A program made the translations under genes and the position numbers. Positions 26,246 to 37,016 of a stretch of DNA of 54,053 bases are shown one piece after another (within the stretch, counting starts at the first letter, position 1; each line of letters begins with the position of its first letter). The stretch lies in the IMG/VR virus record IMGVR_UViG_3300037961_003327, positions 1 to 54,053 of that record. One strand, 5' to 3'. A model generated the notes under the pieces. The model did not search any database, was not told where the DNA came from, and saw only the letters and a list, made by a program, of their open reading frames with translations. The DNA comes from a virus (Duplodnaviria; Caudoviricetes).

Positions 26246-28013
26246 CGCGAATACAAGGCCGATAGCAGTTGCTCTTAAAAGAATCCAAGAGGGTGCTTCT
26301 AAAGATAAGATTGATAAAATACGATCAGGAGAGAAAGAGTTTAAGATGTCCTTGCCCGTAGTTCTTTTCAGCGGAGAGTTTCGAAACAGGCAAGACAGTG
26401 ACTTAGTTAGACACAGCGGTTTCATAGTTCTAGACTTTGATCACATAGATATTGAAAAGTCGAAGCCGCTGATTGGGACCGACCCATACATCTATGCTTG
26501 TTGGATATCTCCATCAGGAGATGGAATCAAAGCATTGTCCAGGATATCAAATCCTGAAAGACATAGGGATCACTTCAAAGCTTTGGTGGCTTATTTCAAA
26601 AAGCAGTACGACTTAGAAGTGGATGCATCGGGCATCAATGAAAGTCGGGCGTGCTATGAATCCTACGATCCTGACATCATCATAAACGAAGAGAGTAGTG
26701 TCTTCGGAGCATTTCAAGTAGATTCTAACCAAGAGCAGGTAGCTGTCTCACAATCAGACAGTTACACGGATTACTTCAAGTTAAATCTAGCTGCAAAAAT
26801 GATTCGTCAAGCTGCTGATGGAGAGAAGCATAACACGCTACTACGGGCAGGTCGATTGTGTGGAGGATATGTCGCAGCGGGACGCATGGAGGAGGATGAG
26901 GTCATTCGAGTTTTAACAAGAGAGATTCTTAAAAGAGATGTGGATGATGAGGAGCATACGGTGCGCACGCTTAGGGAGGCCGTAGACAAAGGCAAAGAGG
27001 ATCCGATAACCGTTACCATACAAGACGAGAAGAAAGCCAGGAGAGAGCTTCTAATCAACGACGGGGACATGTCGTTCATATCTTCCGACGATGAAGACTT
27101 TAGGTGGATTGATGACTTTGCAAACGGTAAGATACCCGTCGGTTTAGACACTGGTGATGCAGAACTGGATAAATTTTTTAGATACAAGAAAGAGTTTGTT
27201 ATTGTAAACGGGCACAGCAACGTAGGTAAGACCACGATGGTTCTGTATCTGATGATTAACTCTAGTCTTAGACATGGATGGAAATGGGTGGTTTACTCCT
27301 CAGAAAATCGAACAGCCTCTTTGAAAATGTCGCTGATACAGTTCGCTATGAACAAAGCGATATCGTCCTTAAACTATATGCAAAGAAAAAAAGCGTATGA
27401 GTGGGTGGGCAATCACTTCACTATCATTAGCAACAAACAGATATACAGCTACACGGATATCATTGTATTCTTAGAAAAGATATTGAAACAGCAAGCTGTT
27501 GATGCTGTATTTGTAGACCCGTACAACAGCCTCAAGCTGGATATGCGTAATAGTTCTATAGGTGTTCATGATTACCACTACGAAGCTGCTTCTGAGTTCT
27601 TAACCTTTAGTACTACGCACGACGTAGCGGTTTGGCTAAACATGCACGCTGTTACCGAAGCGCAACGACGCAAGGGCAACGACGGCCTACCTGTTGCACC
27701 ATACGCAGAGGACACAGAGGGGGGTGGCAAGTTTGTAAACCGCTCGGATTGCTTTGTTACAATACACCGTAAAGTGCAACATCCCGATCCTAATGAGCGC
27801 AAGGTGACAGAGTTTCACGTTCGCAAAGTAAGAGACGTAGAAACAGGTGGGGAACCAACGCCTTTAGAGCAGCCAGTACGCTTTGAAATGAACACATCTA
27901 GGACAGGATTTAGGCTGTACAAAAGTCAAAAAGATTTATTTGAAGTTCTTGATTTAGAGCCAAGTGAGCAATCTTACTTGGAGTGGGGCGCTAACACTTC
28001 ATTTTTAAAATAA
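26199..28013 (+). CDS. Primase-helicase (VirE-N/BT4734-like N-domain plus SF4 helicase)
   Basis: HSGFIVLDFD and ISPSGDGIK; Walker A GHSNVGKT, YSSEN, FVDPYN; start probably MQVTIYKN. Confidence 0.85.
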   Translation: MQVTIYKNLYKKSASDANTRPIAVALKRIQEGASKDKIDKIRSGEKEFKMSLPVVLFSGEFRNRQDSDLVRHSGFIVLDFDHIDIEKSKPLIGTDPYIYACWISPSGDGIKALSRISNPERHRDHFKALVAYFKKQYDLEVDASGINESRACYESYDPDIIINEESSVFGAFQVDSNQEQVAVSQSDSYTDYFKLNLAAKMIRQAADGEKHNTLLRAGRLCGGYVAAGRMEEDEVIRVLTREILKRDVDDEEHTVRTLREAVDKGKEDPITVTIQDEKKARRELLINDGDMSFISSDDEDFRWIDDFANGKIPVGLDTGDAELDKFFRYKKEFVIVNGHSNVGKTTMVLYLMINSSLRHGWKWVVYSSENRTASLKMSLIQFAMNKAISSLNYMQRKKAYEWVGNHFTIISNKQIYSYTDIIVFLEKILKQQAVDAVFVDPYNSLKLDMRNSSIGVHDYHYEAASEFLTFSTTHDVAVWLNMHAVTEAQRRKGNDGLPVAPYAEDTEGGGKFVNRSDCFVTIHRKVQHPDPNERKVTEFHVRKVRDVETGGEPTPLEQPVRFEMNTSRTGFRLYKSQKDLFEVLDLEPSEQSYLEWGANTSFLK

Positions 28014-28033
28014 TTAGCTGTACCTTCCACGAT

Positions 28034-28552
28034 GTGAAGCGAAAAGGGAAGGGTACTCCAAGACGTAAAACCGCCAAGAAAAAAAACTTAGGCAAGTATA
28101 AGAGCGGGTTAGAGAAAACATGCGCTGACCTTTTAGCTGAATCGGGGCTAAGTTTTGACTACGAGAAACACGAGTACATCCTGATGGACAAGTTTAGATA
28201 CCCAGGAACGTATCTGAAGATGACATCAAAACGTAAGGATCTATCGGACAGAACCAACAAGGTCGTCCTCCCAATAAAATACACTCCTGACTTTGTAGGA
28301 CCAAGCAAAGGATGGATAATTGAAACCAAAGGGTATACGCCGTCGCATCACGATTTCCCGATGCGCTGGAAGCTATTCCTACACCACTTGATAAACTCAG
28401 GAGAACCAGTCCCCGCACTGTTCATCTGCAAAAACAAACAGCAGATTGAAGAGGCGATAGAAAAGATTAAAGAAATGGGGTATGGTAAAAAAAGAGCTAA
28501 CAAAAGAACAACTAGCGGAAAGCTACAGAATAGCGACAGTCAGGCTGCATGA
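28034..28552 (+). CDS. T7 endonuclease I-like Holliday junction resolvase
   Basis: YKSGLE...YE...YTPDF...IIETKG. Confidence 0.85.
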   Translation: MKRKGKGTPRRKTAKKKNLGKYKSGLEKTCADLLAESGLSFDYEKHEYILMDKFRYPGTYLKMTSKRKDLSDRTNKVVLPIKYTPDFVGPSKGWIIETKGYTPSHHDFPMRWKLFLHHLINSGEPVPALFICKNKQQIEEAIEKIKEMGYGKKRANKRTTSGKLQNSDSQAA

Positions 28553-28766
28553 GCTAGCAACTAGGCTGTACGAAGACCTCTTCGACCAAGAGGGTAACCC
28601 GCGCTGCGATAGTGGGAACATAGCCAACATGATTGCTTCGCACAGGATATCAATCAATCAAGAGCTAGAGTTAATTAAAGACGCCTCATACGAACACCTC
28701 GAATCAAATACGAATGAACAATCAAAACAGGAGGGTATATTCTTCTACGACGGGCAGGGTAGCTGA
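28482..28766 (+). CDS. Hypothetical protein
   Basis: 94 aa helical protein. Confidence 0.6.
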   Translation: MVKKELTKEQLAESYRIATVRLHELATRLYEDLFDQEGNPRCDSGNIANMIASHRISINQELELIKDASYEHLESNTNEQSKQEGIFFYDGQGS

Positions 28767-29211
28767 AACGCGATTTCAAAGAGCAGCAGAGAAGCTAGGC
28801 TTGAAAGTGATGAAGAGCCAAAACGATCACGACATACATCTGCATGTGGATTACTGGTTGAGCTACGACGGCGGCAACAACCACGGCGTAGATGTCAAGG
28901 GAAACAACTTACCCGATGAGATATGGTGTGAGTTCAGAAATGTAAACGGAGAGCCTGGTTGGATGTACGGATATGCTAGTATCGTTGCCTTCGACATGCC
29001 TGAAGAAGGTGGATTCTGTGTGGTAGATACTAAAGACTTACGAAAGTATTGTGAGGATTATGTAGAGGATGTCCTGGTGTCTAACAAATCAGACGCCTAC
29101 AAAAAGAAGTATCAACGTAAAAACAGGAGAGACATTATCACGAGGATTTATCTATCCGACCTGAAGACAATTAGTTCTTACAGAGTGTGGGAGTACAACA
29201 AAGACTACTAA
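28714..29211 (+). CDS. Putative PD-(D/E)XK nuclease-fold protein
   Basis: GRVAE...HVDY...VDVKG...E..NVNG.PGW pattern. Confidence 0.6.
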   Translation: MNNQNRRVYSSTTGRVAETRFQRAAEKLGLKVMKSQNDHDIHLHVDYWLSYDGGNNHGVDVKGNNLPDEIWCEFRNVNGEPGWMYGYASIVAFDMPEEGGFCVVDTKDLRKYCEDYVEDVLVSNKSDAYKKKYQRKNRRDIITRIYLSDLKTISSYRVWEYNKDY

Positions 29212-29501
29212 GCCCTGTTGTGCATTCTACGTATAGCCTCTTTGCCTGCCCTAGCTATGCGGGCTTGCTCCGTCTTACCCGCTACTTTAGCCCGTTGCTC
29301 TAACACGGTGAGTATCTGAATCTTTCTAGCAAACGGCTTGTTAATCCTTTTGACCTTGGCTACAGTAGCTCTCGCGTCAGCGGGAGTAGCAAACTTGATT
29401 GATACGGTATCCTTTGGATTCTCGTCCGTATACAGTCTCCTGTCTGATCCTTTGGGCTTCTTGCCCGTACCTACCTTGGGGTCACGCTTTTTTGTCTTCA
29501 T
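29208..29501 (-). CDS. Small basic phage protein
   Basis: GTGKKPKGSDRRLYTDENPKDTV motif. Confidence 0.75.
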   Translation of the reverse strand: MKTKKRDPKVGTGKKPKGSDRRLYTDENPKDTVSIKFATPADARATVAKVKRINKPFARKIQILTVLEQRAKVAGKTEQARIARAGKEAIRRMHNRA

Positions 29502-29935
29502 CTCTTCGCCTTCTCGATGGTCCTACCCGCAAAGTATGCACCAAAGGCTGTTAACATGAGAACTTGCAGCAAGTCTATATAGCTGTCTTTGACATTGAAC
29601 GGCCAGTTGTCTAGGCTGTCAAGAATCATCGTAACCATAAACATACTCATCAAAGCAATCAAAGTGATGGGACGAATCAACTTCGCAAGCTTTACATCGC
29701 TGCTCATGTCAGCCTTCCATCGCTCAGTTACGTTTTTCTGGAACTCAATCTCTGCATCAACCATAGCAACACCTTCGTCGGTGTTTACATCAGGGTCTTT
29801 GTCAATCAAGTTCTTTACTATTCCAAGCGCCCCTTGATCGGGAAGTAAGTCTCCTACGGTGTCAAGCACGTTAGGAGCCTTGCTCTTCAGCCAAGCACCA
29901 AGCTTGGTATCTTTTATTTTCTTGTCTTTGCTCAT
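29498..29935 (-). CDS. Putative holin (GTA 3TM-holin-like)
   Basis: RWKADM...IRP, two hydrophobic helices, ending GAYFAGRTIEK. Confidence 0.7.
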   Translation of the reverse strand: MSKDKKIKDTKLGAWLKSKAPNVLDTVGDLLPDQGALGIVKNLIDKDPDVNTDEGVAMVDAEIEFQKNVTERWKADMSSDVKLAKLIRPITLIALMSMFMVTMILDSLDNWPFNVKDSYIDLLQVLMLTAFGAYFAGRTIEKAKR

Positions 29936-32900
29936 TGTCTTTCTCCTGTTATGGGGTTTCTAGCTCTTTTGCTTCGTTTTCCAAATATACCGACGCCTGG
30001 TCTCAGCTCTAGCACACCTTTAGGTTGTGATTTTTCTAGCTGCTTGTAATAATCATCAATCAGTTTGCTGTAGATATCAATATTTTTTTCCGCTACTTCT
30101 AAATCTATTTCGATTTCTTCTTCAGTTTTATCTCTTAGTTCACCATCGTCAATGGTTCTGTTAGCTTCTGATTGTATTTTCTGTCTTGTTATAGGCTTTG
30201 GCGGTATGGGTTTCAACTCAATAAAATCTTCCACATCAGCAGAAGCTACGTTATTAGGAAACACCGCTCTAATTTTTTCATCAGTCATTCCAAGACCTTT
30301 TGCAGTGCCCATGTAACGGATTACTTCATCACTGTAAAGAGCATTTTGTGCTAACACAGACTGAAATATTTCATTTACCTCATCCGTTGATAACTCTCTT
30401 TTTCCAAACAAAGGGTACTTTAATCTAGCAATTTTATATCTATGATCAGAACTTAAATCCGTTATTTTTCCCCTAAGAGATATCCCAAAATTCATGTGTG
30501 TTCTTCTGAATCCAAAAAAACCATACAGGGCATCTTCTACCGTGTAATCTCTATATCTAGTTGTTTTTTCTCCAAAGACAGAAGGCGCTAGCCCTACGGC
30601 CCTACCTAATTCTTGAACATTATTGTATATCCCAGGCCCCGCTTTTTTAGCATAGTAGTTTAATATTTGACCTGGACCTTTCTCACTATGGAAGAACCCG
30701 TTCATAAGCTTACTATCTGTAGGTCCTGCACCCTCGTCATATATCTTACGTCCATACTCATCTTGATTGTCCCTCAACTCCTTAAAAGCTTTTGTCGTAA
30801 GGTCTAAAGAAATATATGGTGTTGCTGTTTCATAAAGCATTTCCTCCACACGCTCAGCTAAATTATCCGCGTCAGGATTATCAAAAATCATTCTTAACGG
30901 TTTGATTATCACTTCTGAAGGGAAGATAGCAGTGCCATCTATAAAGTTGACACCCTCTTCTGTGATTCCCGTATAGATTAACTCAGAGTCAGCAGAGTAA
31001 GGAGGATTTAAACTCTTTATGTTTTCATCATCTTCATCTGACAAGCCCAATAAGTTTCTTGTTCCTAACGACAAAGCCGTTAAAGCTCCATTGGCAAGTA
31101 TCATCCCAGAAGCTCTTTGCATAGCCATCTTTTTTCTTCCCGCCCTTAGGTCCTCTGCTACATATAAAAGGTTATTCTTAGTTGTTCTTACAACCTCGTA
31201 AGGGAAAGAAACAAAAGATCCGATTAAAGGATTTCTTCTTAGTTTTTGAATGTTTCTAGGTACGTATGAATATGTCGGGTAACTGTTTCTAATTCTCTGC
31301 GCTGCTTTAGCCGTAGCCGCTTCTTCTGTCAATCCCGCCTCCATCAATCTTTTTCTCTCTGTGTAAAAGCCTGATACTTTGTAAAAATCGTCACCGAAAG
31401 CATACAGCCTTTTTGCAATATTGATGACCCCTTTGTCATTAGCTATTGACAAATCATTTAAGATAGCTACAAGTTCACCAGCCCTAGAGGCATCACCTAA
31501 AACGCCAAGCCTTATTAACTCTTCTCTTTCTAATTGAAGTTCTTTCTTACTTTTTTTCGATCCGAACGCTGTTATGACCGACCTCTGCAAATTAGTTCTG
31601 CCTTCTTTAGTGCCAACATTAAGCAAGGTGTAGTGACCTGAATTTAAAGCTAAAAACAAACCACTGTAAACATTTCTAAATGCTGTAGTAGGAGAAAGAA
31701 CAGTTTTACTAAGCTTTCCAGCTTGTGCTATTTTACCTAATACGCCAAAAAAATCATTCTTCATGGGGCCAAGTCCTGCCATATCTTCCATGGCTTGCTT
31801 TACCTCAAGGGGAACGTAAAGACCATTTAGGTATGACCATTCTTCAGAATCAGGAGACAGAGGAGTAAGCCCTGGGGCTTGCTCTGTCGAAGCAATTCCA
31901 CTCTCAACTAGCAGGTCATGAAGTGATTGTTGATATTGAATGGAGGCTAAGTAGTTTTCTAGCTTCGAGGTAGTATTCGCGTAATTTTTTAGCGGGTCTT
32001 TTATCTCTCCTAATAACTGTCTAAATTCAACAGGAATGTCTTCATTCTTTTTCCTTAAGAAAGGAGCCCTAGCAGATCCTTGTGGGCCTAATCCCAACTC
32101 GCTAGTGCTCTTAGTTGCTATGCTTTCGATATATTCAGAAACCTGACGTATGGCAGTCTGTTCATCTACTTTGTTTTCAGTCACTAGTAATTGAACAGCA
32201 GCATCAAACCTTTTCTTGGCGTTAGCAGACATCTTATCTAGCGGCACTCGATACTGATTTAAAAACTCAGCGTCTGAAAACGCTTGATAACTTCTCCTTA
32301 AATATTGTCCTTTGTTTTGCTTGATTGTTTCTATTACGTCTGCCGTAGCTTCTTGCTGCTTCTCCGTTAAAACAATTCTACCTTCACTTGCATCCTGTAA
32401 TCTTTGCTCTAAGACAGTAATAATTTGATCTGAAAGGTTGTCTATCTTTTCTCTGCTGTAATTTAAAGTAGCGATATCTTCCTCGTTTAAGAAATCTAGA
32501 TTCACTTCTTTTCCTTGTAGATATTCGTTGATAGCATTGAGCCTTAAATCTTCCTCATCTCTACCTACTTTTCTCCCTGCTTTTCTTCTTATTGCGTTTA
32601 AGGCATTTAACTCCCTATTAATTGCTTCCGTAAAGGCAGCTTTATCTCTAGCCAACTGACGTATTACCTCCGCAGTATTTGAATCTAAACCTGAGTTGCT
32701 TTTAAACGTGTTGTTCCACGCTCTTCTTAACTTTCTCTTCAGAGAATCAAAGTTTACTTTTTGGCCTGAGGCATCTCCTGAAAGCGTGACGTCTCTTCTT
32801 CCTCTTCTGTTTAAAAGCCTGCCAAGTAAGCTTCTTGGAGCTGAAGGCTGAGGCGCAGTGTCGTCTGGCTCAGGAGGAGGAATTGGAGATGGTTCAGGAG

Positions 32901-34542
32901 TCTTGGTGTCAATGGGCTCTGCTGGTTTAGGCTCTACGGGCTTTGCTTCTGCATCCTCCTTAGCCTTAGTCATTATAGCGTCTATCTCCGCATCTATTTC
33001 TTTTGCTCTTCTTTTAGACGACACCAAGTCTGATCCCGACAGCCTCCTTCTTTCTTGTTCTAAAGTAATCAGCTTTGCCCTGTCTTGCCCCACAACAATA
33101 GGAGGTATTTCAGCATCTATCGCTGATTGTTCTTTTATTGCACCTATGATGGCGGCCAATTGCGGGTCTCTAGTAACCTCTATTGCGTCAAGAACGCCGT
33201 CTTTAATTTGCTCTGGATTTTTAGCAGCGGTTTCTATGATTTCTAAAACCTGATTCTTGCTTGCTTTGGCTCCGTTTACCCTGTATCTAGGTCCTGTTAT
33301 TAGCGTAGACCCTACAGAAAGCGAAGCCTGTGGGATATTTCCCAAACCTTCAAATCCAATCTCAGCAACATCTAGCTCTTGACCGACAAGAATCCTAGCG
33401 AGCGTTTCACCTCCAGCGCCTGTTAATGATTCAGAGACTGCACCTACAGCACCGACCTTTACGGGATCAGGTATAAAGCCTGTCCTAGCCGTTCGGGTAA
33501 GCACTTGACCACCGAGAGCCCTAGTGAGTGATCCGCCTATAAAGTCTGTAGCTGAGATAGTTGCACCCCTAGCTAAGCTTCTATTCCTAATCCTAGAAAA
33601 TGCCTCAGGGTTTTGTAAGACTGCTAAAACATTTTCATCGTTAAACTCCTTGTCGCCTAGCTCCTCCATCAAGAACTCAGTAAAAGAAGCTGTAGTTTCT
33701 ATCGTGCCTCCCACTACCGACAAAGCGGTAGGCACAGCTCTAGCAGCTCCTGCCACAACGGTTGCAGGTCCGCCACCAATGCCTGTTACGGCGCCACCTC
33801 CTAATACCACTCCCGCCTCTGTTAAACTTGTTGGGTTGAGCATACCAGCAAAAGATTGGAGAGCTACTTGCGGTAAAACACTAGGGTTTTTAGCCAAACC
33901 TTTTACAAATCCCAATACACCTCTCCCCTCTCTTTCATAAATTTCGTTGAAATCTTGCATCTCTTGACTCTGCCCAGCAACTTGCTGAACACGTTGAGAT
34001 TCAGTGATGGCATCTATGTATTCACTCACGATTTCCCTATCAACATTTGAACCAGCGGTGATTAAGGCTAAAGTTTCATCAATAGTGCTACCCTGACCTT
34101 GACCGATGTAAAATGACCTAGCCATATCATCAGCAAAATCAATGACTTCAGCTAGGAAAGGATTATTGTTTGCTATTGCAAACGCACTGGCTCTGTTTAG
34201 AAAATCACCTACCTTCCCCCCAATAAAATTAGTTTCTGCATCAGGGTTTGGACTCGTCAGCGATGCTAAATCCAAGTCGATAGATTCTCCCTCTGCTCCG
34301 TATAATGAATCCAATAAATTCTGCTGTTGCACAGAATCTGAAACATTTTCTTTTTTTTTTAAGGGGCTGTACTTAACGTCAAACTCTTCACGAGAGTTAG
34401 TGTAGAGGCCATCCCTTGTTATCACTCCAAACACTTTGTCCCTGTATGCGGGGTCTTCGTACTGAGCCTGAAACTCTTCAAAGGATTTGGTGTAGTAGCC
34501 GTCTCGTGACAGAACGTCATATAACTTTTGAAGTTCGTCCAT
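29932..34542 (-). CDS. Large internal virion/ejection protein
   Basis: 1536 aa, helical with Gly/Ala-rich membrane-like segment; third of three genes after the nozzle; no RNA polymerase DxDxD motif noticed. Confidence 0.7.
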   Translation of the reverse strand: MDELQKLYDVLSRDGYYTKSFEEFQAQYEDPAYRDKVFGVITRDGLYTNSREEFDVKYSPLKKKENVSDSVQQQNLLDSLYGAEGESIDLDLASLTSPNPDAETNFIGGKVGDFLNRASAFAIANNNPFLAEVIDFADDMARSFYIGQGQGSTIDETLALITAGSNVDREIVSEYIDAITESQRVQQVAGQSQEMQDFNEIYEREGRGVLGFVKGLAKNPSVLPQVALQSFAGMLNPTSLTEAGVVLGGGAVTGIGGGPATVVAGAARAVPTALSVVGGTIETTASFTEFLMEELGDKEFNDENVLAVLQNPEAFSRIRNRSLARGATISATDFIGGSLTRALGGQVLTRTARTGFIPDPVKVGAVGAVSESLTGAGGETLARILVGQELDVAEIGFEGLGNIPQASLSVGSTLITGPRYRVNGAKASKNQVLEIIETAAKNPEQIKDGVLDAIEVTRDPQLAAIIGAIKEQSAIDAEIPPIVVGQDRAKLITLEQERRRLSGSDLVSSKRRAKEIDAEIDAIMTKAKEDAEAKPVEPKPAEPIDTKTPEPSPIPPPEPDDTAPQPSAPRSLLGRLLNRRGRRDVTLSGDASGQKVNFDSLKRKLRRAWNNTFKSNSGLDSNTAEVIRQLARDKAAFTEAINRELNALNAIRRKAGRKVGRDEEDLRLNAINEYLQGKEVNLDFLNEEDIATLNYSREKIDNLSDQIITVLEQRLQDASEGRIVLTEKQQEATADVIETIKQNKGQYLRRSYQAFSDAEFLNQYRVPLDKMSANAKKRFDAAVQLLVTENKVDEQTAIRQVSEYIESIATKSTSELGLGPQGSARAPFLRKKNEDIPVEFRQLLGEIKDPLKNYANTTSKLENYLASIQYQQSLHDLLVESGIASTEQAPGLTPLSPDSEEWSYLNGLYVPLEVKQAMEDMAGLGPMKNDFFGVLGKIAQAGKLSKTVLSPTTAFRNVYSGLFLALNSGHYTLLNVGTKEGRTNLQRSVITAFGSKKSKKELQLEREELIRLGVLGDASRAGELVAILNDLSIANDKGVINIAKRLYAFGDDFYKVSGFYTERKRLMEAGLTEEAATAKAAQRIRNSYPTYSYVPRNIQKLRRNPLIGSFVSFPYEVVRTTKNNLLYVAEDLRAGRKKMAMQRASGMILANGALTALSLGTRNLLGLSDEDDENIKSLNPPYSADSELIYTGITEEGVNFIDGTAIFPSEVIIKPLRMIFDNPDADNLAERVEEMLYETATPYISLDLTTKAFKELRDNQDEYGRKIYDEGAGPTDSKLMNGFFHSEKGPGQILNYYAKKAGPGIYNNVQELGRAVGLAPSVFGEKTTRYRDYTVEDALYGFFGFRRTHMNFGISLRGKITDLSSDHRYKIARLKYPLFGKRELSTDEVNEIFQSVLAQNALYSDEVIRYMGTAKGLGMTDEKIRAVFPNNVASADVEDFIELKPIPPKPITRQKIQSEANRTIDDGELRDKTEEEIEIDLEVAEKNIDIYSKLIDDYYKQLEKSQPKGVLELRPGVGIFGKRSKRARNPITGERQ

Positions 34543-34543
34543 A

Positions 34544-36037
34544 TTAATTTAATTCTCCTGTTCTAGTTTCAGTACTACGTGGATTCAATTCACTATTATC
34601 AATGTTTGCCCCTCTGTAGTTAATCATCATTGGCACCGTTAAGGTCTCTGCCCCAGAAATAAAGTATTCTGATCTTACTAATTCAGCAATCCGTTGATAC
34701 ATCTTTTCTTCTTGCTCATTTCTTTCTGAGGCTTCCATTGGCAAACTAAAGTCGCCATTTTGTTCAGTTTCAAACCTAATTAAACCGTCGTTTGCTTCTT
34801 CCGTCGTGGGCGGATATACCTCTATGCTTAACACCTTGTCTGAAACAAACTCACTGCTGATTAATGCGAGTTCACTAGCTGTTCTCCGCGCTCGCTGAGA
34901 TCTAGTAATTTCTTTTTGATATTGAATGTTTGGAACTGCTATTTTCTTATTATTAATCAAAGTGGGCACAAAAGTTCTACCTGTCCTTTGCTGAACCACT
35001 TCAGTTTTCTCAAACCTAGCGCCCGTTAGAGCGTCGCCTCCCTCATCTACACCTACAGTAAAATCAAAGTTTACCGTGTTTAAAGCCTCGCCAACACTCA
35101 AGGTTGACTCAAAACTATTTTGCAAAACTTCCGTAGATAACTTAGCAGTTCTACTACCGCCCCTAGCGTCGGGTTTGTCCATCGGCAACAAATCTAAAGC
35201 GGCTTCAACATATCTCTCTTTAAAATCGTCGTCCTCTAGCTCTACAAGGTCACGATAAAGATTTTTTGCGCTAGCAGAATAAGCAAGCCTATTATCGTAT
35301 TCGCCAAGCATATCCGCCTTTATAAGCTCCCTAATTTTTTCAGGTGTCTTTTCGCCCTCGTTTACCAAAAACTTAGCCGTATCTTGGTAACGATCAGCAA
35401 ACTCTTCAGGCGTTATGTTATCCTGAGGGCCAAAGTCCCGCGTATAGTAGCCCTGCCTATTGATGCCTGGAGCGCCTAATATACTTCCAGACTCATTGAG
35501 GTCCTCTCCGCTAGCACCTACATACTGAACAGTAACGCTTCCATCAGGATTTACAGTGTGTGAACCAATACCGCCAGCGTCATATTCGTTATCGTGCTCT
35601 ATAAGCTGTAATGCGTCCCCTGTAAACTTTGAATCTTCCGTGTCTAGTGATCCTATCTGCAGTATTCCTTTAACGTATTCTTCTCTTTGTGGAGCAACCT
35701 CTGTAGCGTGGTTATTATAAAAATCATAATGAACCGACACATTATCTAGTATGGTATTTGCCATAGGGCTACCGTCTAAAATAGCATTGACCGCTAATAT
35801 TTTTTGCTCTTCAAAAATATCTCTATGTTTTTCAGACCAACCACCAGTATTGTAGCCTCGGATTTCTTTTAAATTATCATCTCGCTGCTTTCTTCTAGCG
35901 GTTTCTCTAGCTAAATTGTTTCTAGCAGCCGCAGCCATCAAGGGACCTAGGTTTTGTGTACCCTGAGTTATCGCCTCACTAAATGTTTTGCTAGGCTGTA
36001 AAGGGGCTACGTAAGCTGGAACTGGACCGTTTGCCAT
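34544..36037 (-). CDS. Putative internal virion/ejection protein
   Basis: 497 aa; positional. Confidence 0.6.
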   Translation of the reverse strand: MANGPVPAYVAPLQPSKTFSEAITQGTQNLGPLMAAAARNNLARETARRKQRDDNLKEIRGYNTGGWSEKHRDIFEEQKILAVNAILDGSPMANTILDNVSVHYDFYNNHATEVAPQREEYVKGILQIGSLDTEDSKFTGDALQLIEHDNEYDAGGIGSHTVNPDGSVTVQYVGASGEDLNESGSILGAPGINRQGYYTRDFGPQDNITPEEFADRYQDTAKFLVNEGEKTPEKIRELIKADMLGEYDNRLAYSASAKNLYRDLVELEDDDFKERYVEAALDLLPMDKPDARGGSRTAKLSTEVLQNSFESTLSVGEALNTVNFDFTVGVDEGGDALTGARFEKTEVVQQRTGRTFVPTLINNKKIAVPNIQYQKEITRSQRARRTASELALISSEFVSDKVLSIEVYPPTTEEANDGLIRFETEQNGDFSLPMEASERNEQEEKMYQRIAELVRSEYFISGAETLTVPMMINYRGANIDNSELNPRSTETRTGELN

Positions 36038-37005
36038 TACGCTTCATTAAATTGTGGTTCCTCTAAAAATTCAGCGGCTTTATACAGGGCAAGCAGCTGA
36101 TCGTAAGTGGGCTCTTCTTTATCTACCCTGGCATAAGCTTCTTGCATACCTGACGACTGCTCTGGGTTAATGATAAGCTCACCACCAGTAGCTTCCGCTT
36201 CTTTTTCGCCAGTCTCTTCGTCTATGATAGCCTTTTTGTTGGTGCTGTGATCAAACTCTCCTTTTAGCTTTTGCACTGGGGGCTGCTTTGAATCTTGCAA
36301 TATTGCAATCATCACATCTTCTTTCATCTCTCCTCCGTGACCGTACTTTACTTTACCGCCTTCTTCGAGAAAAGCCTGTGGGTTTCCAGCTAAAGCGGTA
36401 GCAGTTTGAGTAATGCCTTCAGCTGCGTTTGGTAATATGCTAGCTCTTTGAGCCTCTAGCATAGCCAAGTTTTGTGCAGCCGTAGCCTCTGACCCCATGG
36501 CTCTTTGCAGCCTGAGTTGTTCTAGGCTTCTATCTAAATCTATGTTGCTAGTCAAAACATCTTGCTCTAACCCAGCTAATCTACCCTCTGCTGCTAGCTC
36601 TCTAGACAAATCGGCTTGCTGTGCAGCTGTAGTTGCCTGTTGAGTAGCTTGCGCAAGTCCTGGTACAGCTCCCATCAAAGCTCTAGGATCAGTAGATAAA
36701 GCTTCCAACGCAGTAGCCTGCTGTGCAGCTATAGGCGACAAATCTGTAGGGCGCATACCCGTCTTAGCCAGTTGTTTTTCTGCCTCGGAAACGGTGTACT
36801 TTACGTCAGCCAACGAGCCAAAAGCAGACTGAACGTCTTGCCTGGCTTGGTCTAAAAGAGGCTGCTGAGCTTTTTGTTGCTTTTTTATCCTTCTATTATC
36901 CGCAGCGGCACCAACCCCCTGTACTGCTGTGGTTATAAGTAGTAATGTTAGTGGGTCTATTGCATAACTCAATCCTGGGAATTCGAACCAAAATAAATCC
37001 ATCAT
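36037..37005 (-). CDS. Putative ejection (pilot) protein
   Basis: Hydrophobic N-terminus, Ala/Gln-rich coiled coil, EEGGKVKYGHGG, then KGEFDH...EATGGELIINP domain. Confidence 0.65.
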   Translation of the reverse strand: MMDLFWFEFPGLSYAIDPLTLLLITTAVQGVGAAADNRRIKKQQKAQQPLLDQARQDVQSAFGSLADVKYTVSEAEKQLAKTGMRPTDLSPIAAQQATALEALSTDPRALMGAVPGLAQATQQATTAAQQADLSRELAAEGRLAGLEQDVLTSNIDLDRSLEQLRLQRAMGSEATAAQNLAMLEAQRASILPNAAEGITQTATALAGNPQAFLEEGGKVKYGHGGEMKEDVMIAILQDSKQPPVQKLKGEFDHSTNKKAIIDEETGEKEAEATGGELIINPEQSSGMQEAYARVDKEEPTYDQLLALYKAAEFLEEPQFNEA

Positions 37006-37016
37006 AATCTACAAAT

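Noticed and set aside
34351-34360. A10 run (minus strand) in the large ejection protein as a frameshift or phase-variation site
   Set aside because: Encodes LKKK in frame; both alternative frames close within about 40 codons.
29932-34542. Virion RNA polymerase
   Set aside because: No catalytic DxDxD-type motif recognised, and host-type promoters drive the early arm.
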